Source of the DNA: Octopus vulgaris
Lineage: Eukaryota
Direction: 5' to 3'
DNA length: 64,000 nt
Assembly: GCA_951406725.2 (NCBI GenBank)
Contig: OX597839.1
Location: 21,390,001-21,454,000, forward strand
Shown one piece after another: positions 1 to 12,675 of this stretch. Each line of letters begins with the position of its first letter. The stretch's first letter is position 1. The notes under the pieces were generated by a model. The model had not been told where the DNA came from. It did not search any database and saw only the letters and a program-made list of their open reading frames with translations. The position numbers were made by a program, and so were the translations under genes.

Positions 1-470
1 TTAGACAAGTTTCGGCCGAAGTTGACTCAGGCCATGTTTAATTTAATAGCACCACCTGGAAGAGATACACAGTCAGCTCTGGGGAATCGTAGCCCATTCA
101 AGCAGAGGGTTATTATTTTCAGAGACATATCCGGGTGTGGGTGATTTATCTGGTATTTGTTGGGGCTAGTCATTTAGGGATCATTTGAATGCCGTGAAGT
201 CACTTTCCTCCTTTACGTGTGTCTGGCATCGATGTCAAAGAGAGCAGAGCCAATTGAGGTGAAATAGTTCTTTCATAGTGTTGTGATACGACACGAACGT
301 TTCTGTAGTGGACGGATGGCACGGGGGCCAAGCCTCGGACGAATTTTAAAGATGGGCAATGTTGATGGAATATTTTCCGCATCATACAGATGATATAGAG
401 CTCACAGAGGAGGTGGAGGGAGCAAAGCCGGAGCTTTTTGAGTCGATCCTAAGTCAAGGCTTGTCATGTT
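1..470 (-). mobile_element. Degenerate 3' end of a CR1-like LINE
   Basis: Minus strand reads RLKKLRLCSLHLLCELYIICMMRKIF, like the CR1-type RT C-terminus RLKQLRLYS..RRRERY..IYVWKIL at ~53550. Its 3' UTR (GGTGGTGCTATT..CATGGCC..GAAAC) resembles 27411-27740. Confidence 0.65.
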
Positions 471-639
471 GATCCTCCGCAGACCTCCGCCGAGCAGCTC
501 ATTTTAAGATAGATACGTGAGTGAAATTACTAATAGAGAAACGAAAATAAACTTTGGAAACAGCAACGCCACCATAGGTTACGTGGAAATGATGAATGTG
601 TTTTCAAGGGAGATAATCAAAGAACGTAACATTGTAATA

Positions 640-827
640 CTTCATGTAAAGTAAATATAACAAAGGAAAAATCCTTCAAGAATCCATAAAAATTCCCAGA
701 TCACTACCAAAATTTCATCATCTGTTCCTTGTGTCATTACCGACTTTTCCTGTAAGTTTCACCAAATACAAAAACTTTTTGATTATTTTGCACACAGACG
801 GACATAACCTTCCTTGGCGGAGGTAAT
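640..827 (-). mobile_element. Helentron-associated non-autonomous element (HINE-like), 5' end fragment
   Basis: Ends in ATAACCTTCCTTGGCGGAGGTAAT, the reverse complement of an ATTACCTCCGCC..-type terminus; a related end is at 26848. Confidence 0.5.
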
Positions 828-845
828 GATAGAAGTAGCAGTACC

Positions 846-1073
846 TATTTCTTTATTACCCACAAGGGGCTGAACATAGAGGGGACAAACATGGACAGAC
901 ATAGGTATTAAGTCGATTATATCGACCCCAGTGCTTAACTGGTACTTAATTTATCGACCCCGAAAGGATGAAAGGCAAAGTCGACCTCGGCGGAATTTGA
1001 ACTCACAACGTAACGGCAGACGAAATACCGCTAAGCATTTCGCCCGACGTGCTAACGATTCTGCTAGCTCGCC
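846..1073 (-). mobile_element. tRNA-derived SINE, family A
   Basis: Pol III-like head (GGCGAGCTAGCAGAATCG...GAGTTCAAATTCC), conserved core GCCTTTCATCCTTTCGGGGTCGATAAATTAAGTACCAG, and an 11-bp TSD GTAGCAGTACC at 835-845 and 1074-1084. Confidence 0.92.
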
Positions 1074-1184
1074 GTAGCAGTACCGTTTGGAGAGTTGAAC
1101 CAGTGGGAAAAAAACTAGAGAAAGAAGTGAAAGACGAGTCAGAAGAGGTAAGATGAGATTAAGGCAGGGATTGAAGAGCTTAAC

Positions 1185-1506
1185 TGGTTCTCCATCGGTT
1201 ACAACGACGAGTGTTCCAGTTGATCCAATCAACGGAACAGCCTATTCATGGAATTAACGTGCCACTAACTGAACACTCCACAGACACTCATACTCTTAAC
1301 GTAGTTCTCAGGGGAGATTTACTGTGACATAGAATATGACAAGGCTGTCCCCTTTTGAATTACAGGTATAACTCGTTTTTGCCAGCTGAGTGGACTGAAG
1401 CAATGTGAAATAAAGTGTTTTGCTCAAGGACACAATGTGCTGTCAGGAATCGAACTCACGACCTTACAGTTGTGAGCCAAATACTGCTAATCACTAAGAC
1501 TCGCAC
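1185..1506 (-). mobile_element. tRNA-derived SINE, family C
   Basis: B box GAGTTCGATTCC followed by GTGTCCTTGAGCAAAACACTT; homologous to 19256, 33460 and 47742. Confidence 0.85.
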
Positions 1507-2376
1507 TTTCAAGACGAAGAACTAAAACAAAGGTTAAAGACAGAAAAAAGTTAAAATTAGAAAAGTAGGAAGAAATATGAAGGCCAAACCATCTTTTTCG
1601 AATAAATCAGAAACATGTGTTCGATCTGGTTGAGGAAATGAAGAGAAATAAAGATCGAAGGCAGAAGAAAGCAAAGTATTAAGGGAGCGGGGGATCTGGT
1701 CCAAAAATACCGCACCAAAACTATAACCGCCACCAGGAAATGAATATTATTCGATGTCGTGGACCTTGATTTTACTCTTTGATTCTATTGTCGCGGCTAC
1801 ATATACGCACCATTTTGAACCCCTGTCCCAGAATAATATCGAAAATTTTGCAGCTAGAGAGAGGAGCTGTGGGCACCAGCACAAGGCTGGTACACATTTT
1901 CCTTTTGAATAGAAGGGAACAATGCCTTGCTCATGGAGGCAATTTACTGCCTGATTTAGGAACCGAGCATACAATCATATGATTGTCAGCTCAACAGCTA
2001 AAAAGGTCATGCGACTTCACAAGAAAATACTTAGTACAAAAATAAAACACAGAGGATAAAATAAAGATAAAATTACGCCGAAAATGTCGAATGCCGATGG
2101 ATTTTACGAACGTCAAAGCGAAGATTAGAAAACTTGAAAAAATAGGAAAGTGGGGAGGTGCCGGAATGAAAGAGTTTAGAAATCTCCATAAATTAATAGT
2201 TGAATAATTAAATTAGTGTATGTCAGAGATACAGTACGCGTGGTCAGGAAATGTTCAAAACTTTGGTCACTGGTTAGATGACCATTACAAAATCCATTGT
2301 AACATTGAAGAAGAGATAATATCGTGTGAGGAAAGATAAGCAGATGTAGAGATACGAAGATGACGGTTTCAAAGGA

Positions 2377-2378
<2 letters not shown>

Positions 2379-2435
<57 letters not shown>
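2379..2435. repeat. (CT)n microsatellite
   Basis: Direct reading. Confidence 0.98.
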
Positions 2436-2438
<3 letters not shown>

Positions 2439-2439
2439 T

Positions 2440-3120
2440 GTAATTGCACTGATTTTTGTCGACTATTCTTAGAGCTAAGGAAGGTTATTCACTGGGAAAT
2501 AATCGAGGAAGAAGCGAATATCTTTTCATGAACGATTTAAAGATTTCAGAGGAGACAAGAATCAGCAGGATTCTTTGGTGCAAAACGTACAAATATTTAG
2601 TTGTAGCATTGAAACTACATTCAAAATCAGGAAATGTTCCATGAAAGAGACGAAAAATCACGAAGGGATAACCATAAAAAGCGGCGGCAACGGACTGGAT
2701 GTTGTTGATGGCGAGACTATGAAATCGTTAAATGGATAAAGTATGTTGGAAAATTGATAAACGATAAATTAAAAAATACAAAATGAAGCAAATGTTCCAT
2801 AAAGAATATTTCCGTGCAATAAAAAATATGTTAAAATCAAAACTGAACGTAGAAAATATCATAGAAGTAAGCAAAATGGGGGCTGTATCATTATAAGGCA
2901 GGAAGCAAGGAGTGGAGAAAGAATTAATGAAGTATATTGACAAGGAGACAAGAAAGTGATTCATCTTATCAGATAGGGATCGATTAGACTAGTAAAAATA
3001 AAACAAGAAGGATGAAGGCCACGGGATTAATGAGTGTTGAAGAGGAAGTAGACATTAAGAAAGCGGGTCTAGTATTATACCTCAATGGCAAAGAAGTTCT
3101 AAATGAAATGATAAAAGTAA
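2440..3120 (+). pseudogene. Degenerate R4/Dong-clade non-LTR reverse transcriptase fragment
   Basis: GYSLG...YLFMNDLKI (the LFMDDLK motif), then KEYFRAIKNMLKSKLN, IDKETRK and GLMSVE; frameshifted. Confidence 0.65.
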
Positions 3121-3294
3121 GGGTATCACAGTCTATCTGCCTTCCTTATTAAACAGCACATTCTTTATTTCCAAAGCTGGCCATGTGGGTCTGATTGAAG
3201 AAGTCATGACCTTCAGCCTTGCAAGAAAAGAGGATCTTTTAAAGATTTTCTCGGCATGATGGCTTTCTTTTATTAAACAGTATTTATACACCTC

Positions 3295-3545
3295 AGGCGG
3301 CGAGCTGGCAGAAAGGCGGCGAGCTGGCAGAATCGTTAGCACGTCGGGCGAAATGCTTAGCTGTATTTCGGCTGCCGTTACGTTGTGAGTTCAAATTCCG
3401 CCGAGGTTGACTTTGCCTTTCATCCTTTCGGGGTCGATAAATTAAGTACCAGTTAATCACTGGGGTCGATATAATCGACTTAATACCTATGTCTGTCCAT
3501 GTTTGTCCCCTCTATGTTTAGCCCCTTGTGGGTAATAAAGAAATA
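3295..3545 (+). mobile_element. SINE family A with duplicated 5' end
   Basis: GGCGGCGAGCTGGCAGAA occurs twice in tandem; 16-bp TSD AGTATTTATACACCTC at 3279-3294 and 3546-3561. Confidence 0.93.
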
Positions 3546-3599
3546 AGTATTTATACACCTCGTTTAACATCGGTTTCACATTTTGGCTATGTGCCTATG

Positions 3600-3955
3600 C
3601 ATTGCTTTTAGTTGGTACGATGCCTGCTTCTCCTCCAAACTTCTGTAGGCCTGTGTCCAGCCTTCGTTGCGTCGCATGAGACAGTTGTATTCCAAGAATA
3701 CCTGCACAGTAGTTCTTCTCCAATACTGATGTTGTTGCTCTCACTTTTCCGTATGCATGGAATATACTCATTTTTTCCCCTTCGCTGTTCAGCTGGTGTT
3801 GTCTGAGTGATACAATGCATGTTAATGTGGAAGTTGCCGGTGGTGGTGGTCAGTATCTTTCTAGCTTTGATGTCCCAAGCTGTATATTAATCACCGAGTG
3901 TCCGACCCAATATCCCAAATGTTGGTACTAGCACTGGCACTGTAAGTGCATTGTG
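3600..3955 (-). pseudogene. Degenerate R4/Dong-like RT-thumb fragment
   Basis: Minus strand gives ALTVPVLVPTFGILG...DIKARKILTT..GNFHIN, the same region seen at 35150-35300. Confidence 0.5.
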
Positions 3956-3959
3956 AGAC

Positions 3960-4440
3960 ATCATCATCATTATCGAGTTCCCTTAACTGATGCAGCCAGT
4001 CGTTGCAGTACCACTCTAGATGATTTCATTGTCAGCCATCACTACTGGTTTTTGCTGTGTTGTGACCTGTCCAGTCCCTGAGATGTCAAACCAGAGTTTT
4101 CTCTCACTGCCTTTCTTTCGCCTTCTCTCTCTCCACTGAAGAATGGTTTTGGACAATTGTGATGGGATACATGACCGCACTTAGCAAGCTTTTTACCGGC
4201 GCAAGGCGTGGTTTCTGCCTGCTAGCACATTTGTTGACTTGCTGCCTGGCAAAGCTATTCGCTTTGTGTTCTGGGTAGGGGAAGCATAGCGGCCTTCTGA
4301 AGTATTTCTGCTCGAATACCTAGATTCTTTGCTCCAGGTCAGTTGTAAGAGTCCAGCTCTCACACTCATACAGAAGGATCGAAATCACCAGGGACTTGTA
4401 CATTTTGGAAAACCAATGGAACATCAAATATGCAACATAC
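3960..4440 (-). mobile_element. RTE-like LINE 3' fragment
   Basis: Minus strand gives MYKSLVISILLYECESWTLTTDLEQRI*VFEQKYFRR; short (ATG)n-type tail at ~3961. Confidence 0.65.
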
Positions 4441-4486
4441 TCATCGATTCCGAGATAGAGTTTTTATTATTAGAGACAAGGAAAAA

Positions 4487-4712
4487 GGTGGTGAGCTGGC
4501 AGAATCGTTACTGCGCCGGGAAAAACGCTTAGCGGCATTTCTACCAACTTTACGTTCTGAGTTCAAATACCGCTGGGTTCGACTTGACCTTTCATCTTTG
4601 CGGAACCATTAAAATAAGTACCAGTTGGACACTGAGGGAGGGGGGGCGTCCATACAATTGACCTAGCTTCATGCCCCGAAATTGCTAGCCTTGTGCCAAA
4701 GTTTCAGACTAT
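4487..4712 (+). mobile_element. Older SINE family A copy
   Basis: GGTGGTGAGCTGGCAGAATCG head and a diverged core. Confidence 0.75.
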
Positions 4713-5081
4713 TCTTAGACGAGGGAGCCATTGATATATGTGTCCTCAATTTGCTCAACAATCCCTTCTAAGTCGTCTATCACCTATGAGCATTTATCTT
4801 GCCCAAACTTCATTCCAATGTCCCGTGGTAATGTTGTGACTAGTTCTGTCTCTTGATGTTTATGTCAGCAGAATATACCTTTAGGTCACCAACAGAAAAT
4901 ATGTGGCTGATAATAATTTTATTCTCTTTCGCATATTCCAGTATGTTGCCATGGTAATTGTGTTAACAGGGCTGACAAACGATTCACAACCAGTACAAAC
5001 AACATTACAGATAAACTACGAGCCTGGAATATGTCCGTCGATAGCGTAATTCTATTTGCAACAATAGCTGTTGTTTTAGGA

Positions 5082-5368
5082 CAGTGGTTTTCAAACCTTT
5101 TCGGGCTACCGCTTCCTTGCTGCCTGGGTCACATTCCTAGCCCCACCCCTCACGCCACCACTCACCACCAAAAACATACACTATCCCTGCAGCATTTCAC
5201 AAATAAAACATAACCTAATTAACCTAATTATTTTGTTGTTCTTATATCCATCGCATCCTTTTTTGGCCATCCCATTATCGCCCCATTTTTCTTCATCCCC
5301 AATCCCAACCTTTCCACCGCCCTCCGGGGGGGGGGCAGGGGCAATACCGCCCATTTCGGGAACCACGG
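5082..5368. mobile_element. hAT-type MITE
   Basis: Imperfect TIRs CAGTGGTTTTCAAAC and TTCGGGAACCACGG; no coding capacity. Confidence 0.55.
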
Positions 5369-5692
5369 CTTTCGTAACTGACCATGTTGTGCTCAGTGTT
5401 TCAATAGCATTCACAATAGCAGCCAGTACTTTGGCAACGTGGAGTGACTTTATCAGTCATGAGTCGGGCGCAGAGTCGAACGCCTTCTTCTACTCTAACC
5501 ATTGTGTTTAAAGATTACAGCGATGTATGTATGTATGTATGTGAGAGAGAGAGAGAGAGAATCATATGCACACGTGATGTTGTGTGTATGTTCATTTCCA
5601 AAAACACTAAATGAGGCATCTTGAAATTTCCCTCGGTCACAAATCGATTCAATATGAATCGGTTCGCTTTGTTCTTTCGTGGAAAAAGTCAG

Positions 5693-6096
5693 CGTGGCTG
5701 TGTGGTAAGTAGCTTGCTAACCAGCCACATGGTTCCGGGTTCAGTCCCACTGCGTGGCATCTTGGGCAAGTGTCTTCTGCTATAGCCCCGGGCCGACCAA
5801 TGCCTTGTGAGTGGATTTGGTAGACGGAAACTGAAAGAAGCCTGTCGTATATATGTATATATATATAAGTGTGTGTGTTTGTGGGTTTGTGTGTCTGTGT
5901 TTGTCCACCTAGCATTGCTTGACAACCGATGCAGGTGTGTTTACGTCCCCGTCACTTAGCGGTTCGGCAAAAGAGACCGATAGAATAAGTACTGGGCTTA
6001 CAAAGAATAAGTCCCGGGGTCGATTTGCTCGACTAAAGGCGGTGCTCCAGCATGGCCGCAGTCAAATGACTGAAACAAGTAAAAGAGTAAAGAGTA
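5693..6096 (+). mobile_element. SINE family B (~400 bp, internal (TA)n(TG)n)
   Basis: A-box-like TGGCTGTGTGG, B-box-like GGTTCAGTCCC, tail CAGCATGGCCGCAGTCAAATGACTGAAAC plus (AAGAGTA)n; ten near-identical copies in the window. Confidence 0.93.
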
Positions 6097-6249
6097 TTTC
6101 CAGACTTTTTTTTTTTGTAAATCAATTGTTACACAGCCTGTTTCCCCGGGTTAATAAGTACAAATTAAAATATTTAGCCAGTATACAAAATCTGTAGGTT
6201 CAGCAGATAGGTCCTCGTCCGCTTTTTTATTTAATATCTTCACATCTGA

Positions 6250-6500
6250 CAGGCTCTCCGTTGGACGACGAGTGTTCCAGTTAATCCAATCAACGGAACA
6301 ACCTATTCATGGAATTAATGTGCAAGTGGTTGAGTACCTCACAGACACGTGTACCCTTAATGTAATTCTCAGGAGGATTCTGTGTGACACAGAATGGAAC
6401 AAGGCTTTTTTGTCACTCAGTTGCGTGGAGCAACGTGAAATGGAGTGTCTTGCTCAAGGACACATCGCACCGGAATCGAACTCATGACCGATTACCCCGC
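6250..6500 (-). mobile_element. SINE family C, degenerate
   Basis: Homologous to 1185-1506. Confidence 0.75.
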
Positions 6501-7139
6501 GCCTTCACTATCTTCTTCACATCTAGCAAACAACTAACAACGGTGCACGACTGCGTTCTCTGCTCCATAGGACACGCACCGTCTCGGATGAAGAGGAGTG
6601 TAGCGTTAAACATTCAGTCATTTTAATGGATGTCTCACTTTAGACATCAAAACTGTTCTCCACATCGAATTTGTCTTTATGGTGACGATGGTCCTTTCAA
6701 TAAGAAGTATGGCTTTCACTGACTCTATTCATGGAGTGGTGGCTTGATTTAGTCTTGTCAATGAAATGTAATTTACTGGAAACGGTAATAGAATACAAGT
6801 TGTACTGAACTGCACCCAATCTGGGTTGGTTGACTGAAACCGTGGTGTGCTTTGAAATCACCGCTCCGTTACTTGAATATATTTAGTGGTGGCCACTCCA
6901 TTTGAAACATTCAGATCAAGTTCCCACTCCAATGAACAGTGTTGCAAATTATTTTTACTTGTGCTGCAACCATTAAATCGTGGTTTCTTCGACTACATCA
7001 ATCTTCGAAGACTCCATAAAAAAAAAAAAGAAAAAAATTTGCTCTTGCTGCCCTTCCTCCGATAAAGCAAGCCATAACGACGGCAACACCAACAACGACC
7101 ACAAAAATAAACTCTATTTAATATACTCTTCTCTCTCTC

Positions 7140-7531
7140 TCTTTTACTTGTTTCAGTCATTTGACTGCGGCCATGCTGGAGCACCGCCTTTAATCGAGCA
7201 ACTCGACAACGGGACTTATTCTTTGTAAGCCCAGTACTTATTTTATCGGTCTCTTTTGCCGAACCGCTAAGTAACGGGGACATAAACACACCAGCATCAG
7301 TTGTCAAGCAATGATAGGGGGACAAACACACTCACACAAACACACACACATACATATATATATGTATACGACGGGCTTCTTTCAGTTTCCGTCTACCAAA
7401 TCCACTCACAAGGCTTTGGTCGGTCCGGGGCTATAGTAGAAGACATTTGCCCAAGATGCCACGCAGTGGGACTGAACCCGGAACCATGTGGTTGGTAAAC
7501 AAGCTACTTACCACACAGCCACTCCTGCGCC
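7140..7531 (-). mobile_element. SINE family B
   Basis: Reverse-complement match to 5693-6096. Confidence 0.93.
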
Positions 7532-7849
7532 TATATGGCTCTCTTATGTTGTGTCAACTCGCCCTCCATTTTTTTTCCTTGTTAAACTACGATCAACGTT
7601 TATCGGAAAATTAAGTTGAATGACTCACCAGTCCTCCGTGTGCCTCAATACAGTGGTAAAGCATGGAGCAAGTTTTATTTGCTGGTGAAATGTTGCTTGT
7701 GAAATTCGATTTCCACAATCTACAGACATTTTGGCACTTACTGCCATCTTTCTTTCTTTGTAATCATGTCGTAGAACCGTGTCAAAACAACAAGTTGAAG
7801 AATTTTGGTAAGAAATGAAACACAATGAACAACACAATATGTGTATGCA

Positions 7850-8230
<381 letters not shown>

Positions 8231-8591
8231 TGAGAGAGAACGATACACATACGCACACATTCTTTCTTTCCTTCTTTCCTTTCATCCTTGTTGTCCCCCA
8301 CCCCCACCCAAATCTATTTTTACCAAATTTGTCAGTTCTTAGCGAAGAGAGATCAAAGATTGCGATGGATGCAAGATTAGTAAATTTTAGGTAGAGAGGT
8401 GATTAATTGTGGGGATGTTAGAGGTAGTAGTGGTGGTGTTGGTGGTGGTGGTGGTGCTGCTGCTGATGGTGCTGGTGGTAGTGGCGGCGGCGGCGGCGGC
8501 GGTGGTGGTGGTGGTGGTGGTAGTCGTGGTGTTGAGGTACTGGTAGTAACGGGGGTGGGGTGATAGTTGTGATTGTTGTGGTGCTGTAGAC

Positions 8592-8778
8592 TTAGCGCTC
8601 CGCAACCTTTTCTCGCTTGCAGCACACTTATATCCTTTTCAAAATGCGGCGGCGCAGCTGAACTAAAAACGTAACTAAGAGTATAGAGTAAAAAATTATA
8701 TTCAGGTTACACTGCGGCACACCTAGCATCGTCTCGCGGCACACCAGTGTACAACGGCGTATCGGTTGCGGGGCACTG
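8592..8778. mobile_element. hAT-type MITE
   Basis: TIRs TAGCGCTCCGCAACC and GGTTGCGGGGCACTG; probable 8-bp TSD CTGTAGAC / TTGTAGAC. Confidence 0.6.
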
Positions 8779-8793
8779 TTGTAGACGGCTGTC

Positions 8794-8863
<70 letters not shown>

Positions 8864-9023
8864 CACCACCATCACCACCACTACCACAAGGTAGATGAGT
8901 TGAATGGATGATGGAGTAGGAGAGTGTTGTTGTTTGGACCTGGGTCAATAATGAGTGAGACCAGTCGGATTATAATCAAAAGCGTTCCAACCGCGACCAT
9001 CTCGGAATGTTTTAAAGTTAATA

Positions 9024-9164
9024 TTAGGTTGTCCCAAAAGTTCGTAAACACTTGCGAAAATTGAATTTTTACTCGCCAAGTACTGACAAAAACAACAAAA
9101 ATTATTCCTCAAAATAAAGACCATTATTTTCCAAGACTTTCTACGAACTTTTGGGACAACCTTA
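9024..9164. mobile_element. Tc1/mariner-type MITE
   Basis: TIRs AGGTTGTCCCAAAAGTTCGTA at both ends, TA flanks; second copy at 56871. Confidence 0.88.
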
Positions 9165-9454
9165 TAGTTTGCAGAATGGGGGAGAATTGGCTGCTATTTG
9201 TAGCAAGTCGAGCTACCACTGAGAATTTTTTTTATGAATGGGAGCTGGCTGGCTGGCTGGGTTGGGAGGTGGAAGGATTATCGTGTCAACGGAGATACGG
9301 ATGGATGCAGAATAGTTAGACAAATTGAAACTATTCCAGTTTGAATGTGTGTGTTTATATGCATTAAATATGTTTTGAAGTTCATGATGTGACCCCCCCC
9401 CCTCGATATTTCTTTTGTTTATTTGCAAGTATATATATTTTGATAAGTTGAAAT

Positions 9455-9882
9455 TCTCTTTACTCTTTTACTCTTTTACTTGTTTCAGTCATTTGTACTG
9501 CGGCCATGCTGGAGCATCGCCTTTAGTCGAGCAAATCGACCCCGGGACTTATTCTTTTTGTAAGCCCAGTACTTATTCTATCGGTCTCTTTTGCCGAACC
9601 GCTAAGTGACGGGGACGTAAACACACACCAGCATCGGTTGTCAAGCAATGCTAAGAGGACAAACACAGACACACAAACATACACACACATACACACATAC
9701 ATATATATATACATATATACGACAGGCTTCTTTCAGTTTCCGTCTACCAAATCCACCCACAAGGCATTGGTCGGCCCGGGGCTATAGCAGAAGACACTTG
9801 CCCAAGATGCCACGCAGTGGGACTGAACCCGGAACCATGTGGTTGGTTAGCAAGCTACTTACCACACAGCCACTCCTGCGCC
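9455..9882 (-). mobile_element. SINE family B
   Basis: Near-identical to the other B copies. Confidence 0.93.
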
Positions 9883-10549
9883 TATGGTTGACCTCTCTGA
9901 CTTTCAAAGAGGAGAAATTGTTGTAGCTCGGATGGCTGTGGTTTCAGTCACTAAAACTGCTGAAATGTTTAAAGTTTTTGCGAGTAACAGTCTCTAAAAT
10001 CCTGTTACCATTCCAAAATCAAGGCAAAACCAGCTCCAACAAGTATAATTCCGAATGGAAGGCTAAACTCAAAGAGAGGATCTGCAGAATAGTGAAACGT
10101 ATTGTGAGCAAAACCCATCCAACTACAAAAGTGAGAGCAGAGCTAAGTCTCCACCATCTCAACCAAAATCTTTCATCTTCGGCTCCACAAAGCTGGATAC
10201 CATGGAAAAGGTAGCAACATCTTCCGCCCCTTATCAACTTTGAGTAGCGAAAAAAATATCTCTCTCATACTATCAAACAATGGCTAAATGGAAGAACGTC
10301 TTCTTTGATGAATCGTCATTCACTGTTTGTCCCCCACTTCAAACTTGATTGTTTGACCTCTACTGCGAGGCGTGGATGTGGCCCTGTGATGTTTTGGGCA
10401 ACCATGTCACAGAATTCTCCTGACCCCTTTTGTTGTTTCTTTATACCAGAATTAACGCCAGTGATTATCTGAGTATTTTGGATGGAAATGATCATTTCTC
10501 TCCTAAGGTACAAATAATTTCGCTGATTGTAATTCAGTCTTTCAGGACG

Positions 10550-10645
10550 ATATTCAGGTTACACTGCGGCACACCTAGCATCGTCTCGCGGCACACCAGT
10601 GTACAACGGCGTATCGGTTGCGGGGCACTGTTGTAGTTGGCTGTC

Positions 10646-10706
<61 letters not shown>

Positions 10707-10836
10707 CACCACCACCACCACCACCACCACCACCACCACTACCACAAGGTAGATGAGTTAAATGGATGACGAAGTAGGAGAGTGTTGTTGTTTGGACCTG
10801 GGTCAATAATGAGTGAGACCAGTCGGATTATAATCA
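10550..10836 (+). repeat. Local duplicate of 8698-8978 inserted into the Tc1 relic
   Basis: Near-identical block including the (CTA)n(CCA)n tract. Confidence 0.92.
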
Positions 10837-11984
10837 CATGTCCATTGTTTATACAGAATTGGTACGAAGAGCACAAAAGTGGAGTACTACCCCCACCTCT
10901 TTCCAGTCACCGGATCTCAATATAACCGAAAATTTGTGGTAGATTTTGGAGGAGCAAGTGAGGAGCTGCTCCTTTCCATTTCAGGACGATAATGTACCGA
11001 CTCACATGTCCATTGTTTATACAGAATTGGTACGAAGAGCACAGAAGTGGAGTACCACCCCCACCTCTTTCCAGTCACCGGATCTCAATATAACCGAAAA
11101 TTTGTGGTAGATTTTGGAGGAGCAATTGAGGAGCTGCTCCTTTCCATTTCAGGACGATAATGTACCGACTCACATGTCCATTGTTTATACAGAATTGGTA
11201 CGAAGAGCACAGAAGTGGAGTACCACCCCCACCTCTTTCCAGTCACCGGATCTCAATATAACCGAAAATTTGTGGTAGATTTTGGAGGAGCAAGTGAGGA
11301 GCTGCTCCTTTCCATTTCAGGACGATAATGTACCGACTCACATGTCCATTGTTTATACAGAATTGGTACGAAGAGCACAAAAGTGGAGTACCACTCCCAC
11401 CCCTTTCCAGTCACCGGATCTCAATATAACCGAAAATTTGTGGTAGATTTTGGAGGAGCAAGTGAGGAGCTGCTCCTTTCCATTTAAGGACGATAATGTA
11501 CCGACTCACATGTCCATTGTTTATACAGAATTGGTACGAAGAGCACAGAAGTGGAGTACCACCCCCACCTCTTTCCAGTCACCGGATCTCAATATAACCG
11601 AAAATTTGTGGTAGATTTTGGAGGAGCAAGTGAGGAGCTGCTCCTTTCCATTTCAGGACGATAATGTACCGACTCACATGTCCATTGTTTATACAGAATT
11701 GGTACGAAGAGCACAGAAGTGGAGTACCACCCCACCCTTTCCAGTCACCGGATCTCAATATAACCGAAAATTTGTGGTAGATTTTGGAGGAGCAAGTGAG
11801 GAGCTGCTCCTTTCCATTTCAGGACGATAATGTACCGACTCACATGTCCATTGTTTATACAGAATTGGTACGAAGAGCACAAAAGTGGAGTACTACCCCC
11901 ACCTCTTTCCAGTCACCGGATCTCAATATAACCGAAAATTTGTGGTAGATTTTGGAGGAGCAAGTGAGGAGCTGCTCCTTTCCA
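10837..11984 (+). repeat. 168-bp tandem array (about 7 units) derived from the Tc1 catalytic region
   Basis: CATGTCCATTG recurs at 10837, 11005, 11173, 11341, 11509, 11677 and 11843. Confidence 0.96.
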
Positions 11985-12353
11985 TCATCGTTGCTCAAAG
12001 AGCTAAAGCAAGTTTTCCTTGAGCATTCAGCAAATAGCTAACTCCATCCACCAGAGTATTAAGGTCATGATAGACTACCCCACTAAACACCCTAACCATG
12101 GACTACTAGTACTAGACACATAACTCTGGCTGGAAACTGAGAATAACAAAACCCTCCTCTGTCAGCTATCAAGAGGATTCTCTACGAAGCAATTCCTCGT
12201 CGTATTAAATGTGTAATTGATGCCAAAGGTGGACCAACTCGGGATTGAATGATGAATCTTCCATTCAACAAAGTGTTTCTATTATTTAGCCCAAACCCTG
12301 AAGAACGAATACAGAGAGAGGGAAGATGCGGAGGAGGAGGTGATACTTCATAG

Positions 12354-12395
<42 letters not shown>

Positions 12396-12608
12396 ACTCA
12401 AATACACATGCTCGTGTACATACGCATACACACTCACATTCACGTGTGTCTGTATATATATATGTATGTGTGTGTATGTGTGTGTATGTGTGTGTGTGTG
12501 TGTGTAAGTATATGTATGAAACGGAAAGAGAATATAGATATAAACAGATAAACACGTAAACAAACACTCACCTACACATATGCACGAGTACACACACACA
12601 CACACACA

Positions 12609-12675
<67 letters not shown>

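Larger units (their letters stand above)
9884..12300 (+). pseudogene. Decayed Tc1 (DD34E) transposase element
   Basis: MVDLSDFQRGEIV, WKNVFFDESSF, VMFWA, FQDDNVPTH, SPDLNITENLW and IPRRIKCVIDAKGGPT occur in the right order across frameshifts; TIR-like end AACCCTG at ~12300. Confidence 0.88.

Noticed and set aside
5649-6197. Recurrent short ORFs (MSSNARGTNT..., MLGGQTQTH...)
   Set aside because: They are reading frames within SINE B copies, not a gene family.
6560-7015. Unique-looking stretch that might be coding
   Set aside because: No sustained ORF or recognisable motif; left unassigned.
10837-11984. 168-bp array as a CRISPR array or an in-frame repeat protein
   Set aside because: No spacers, and each unit has a stop in the transposase frame.
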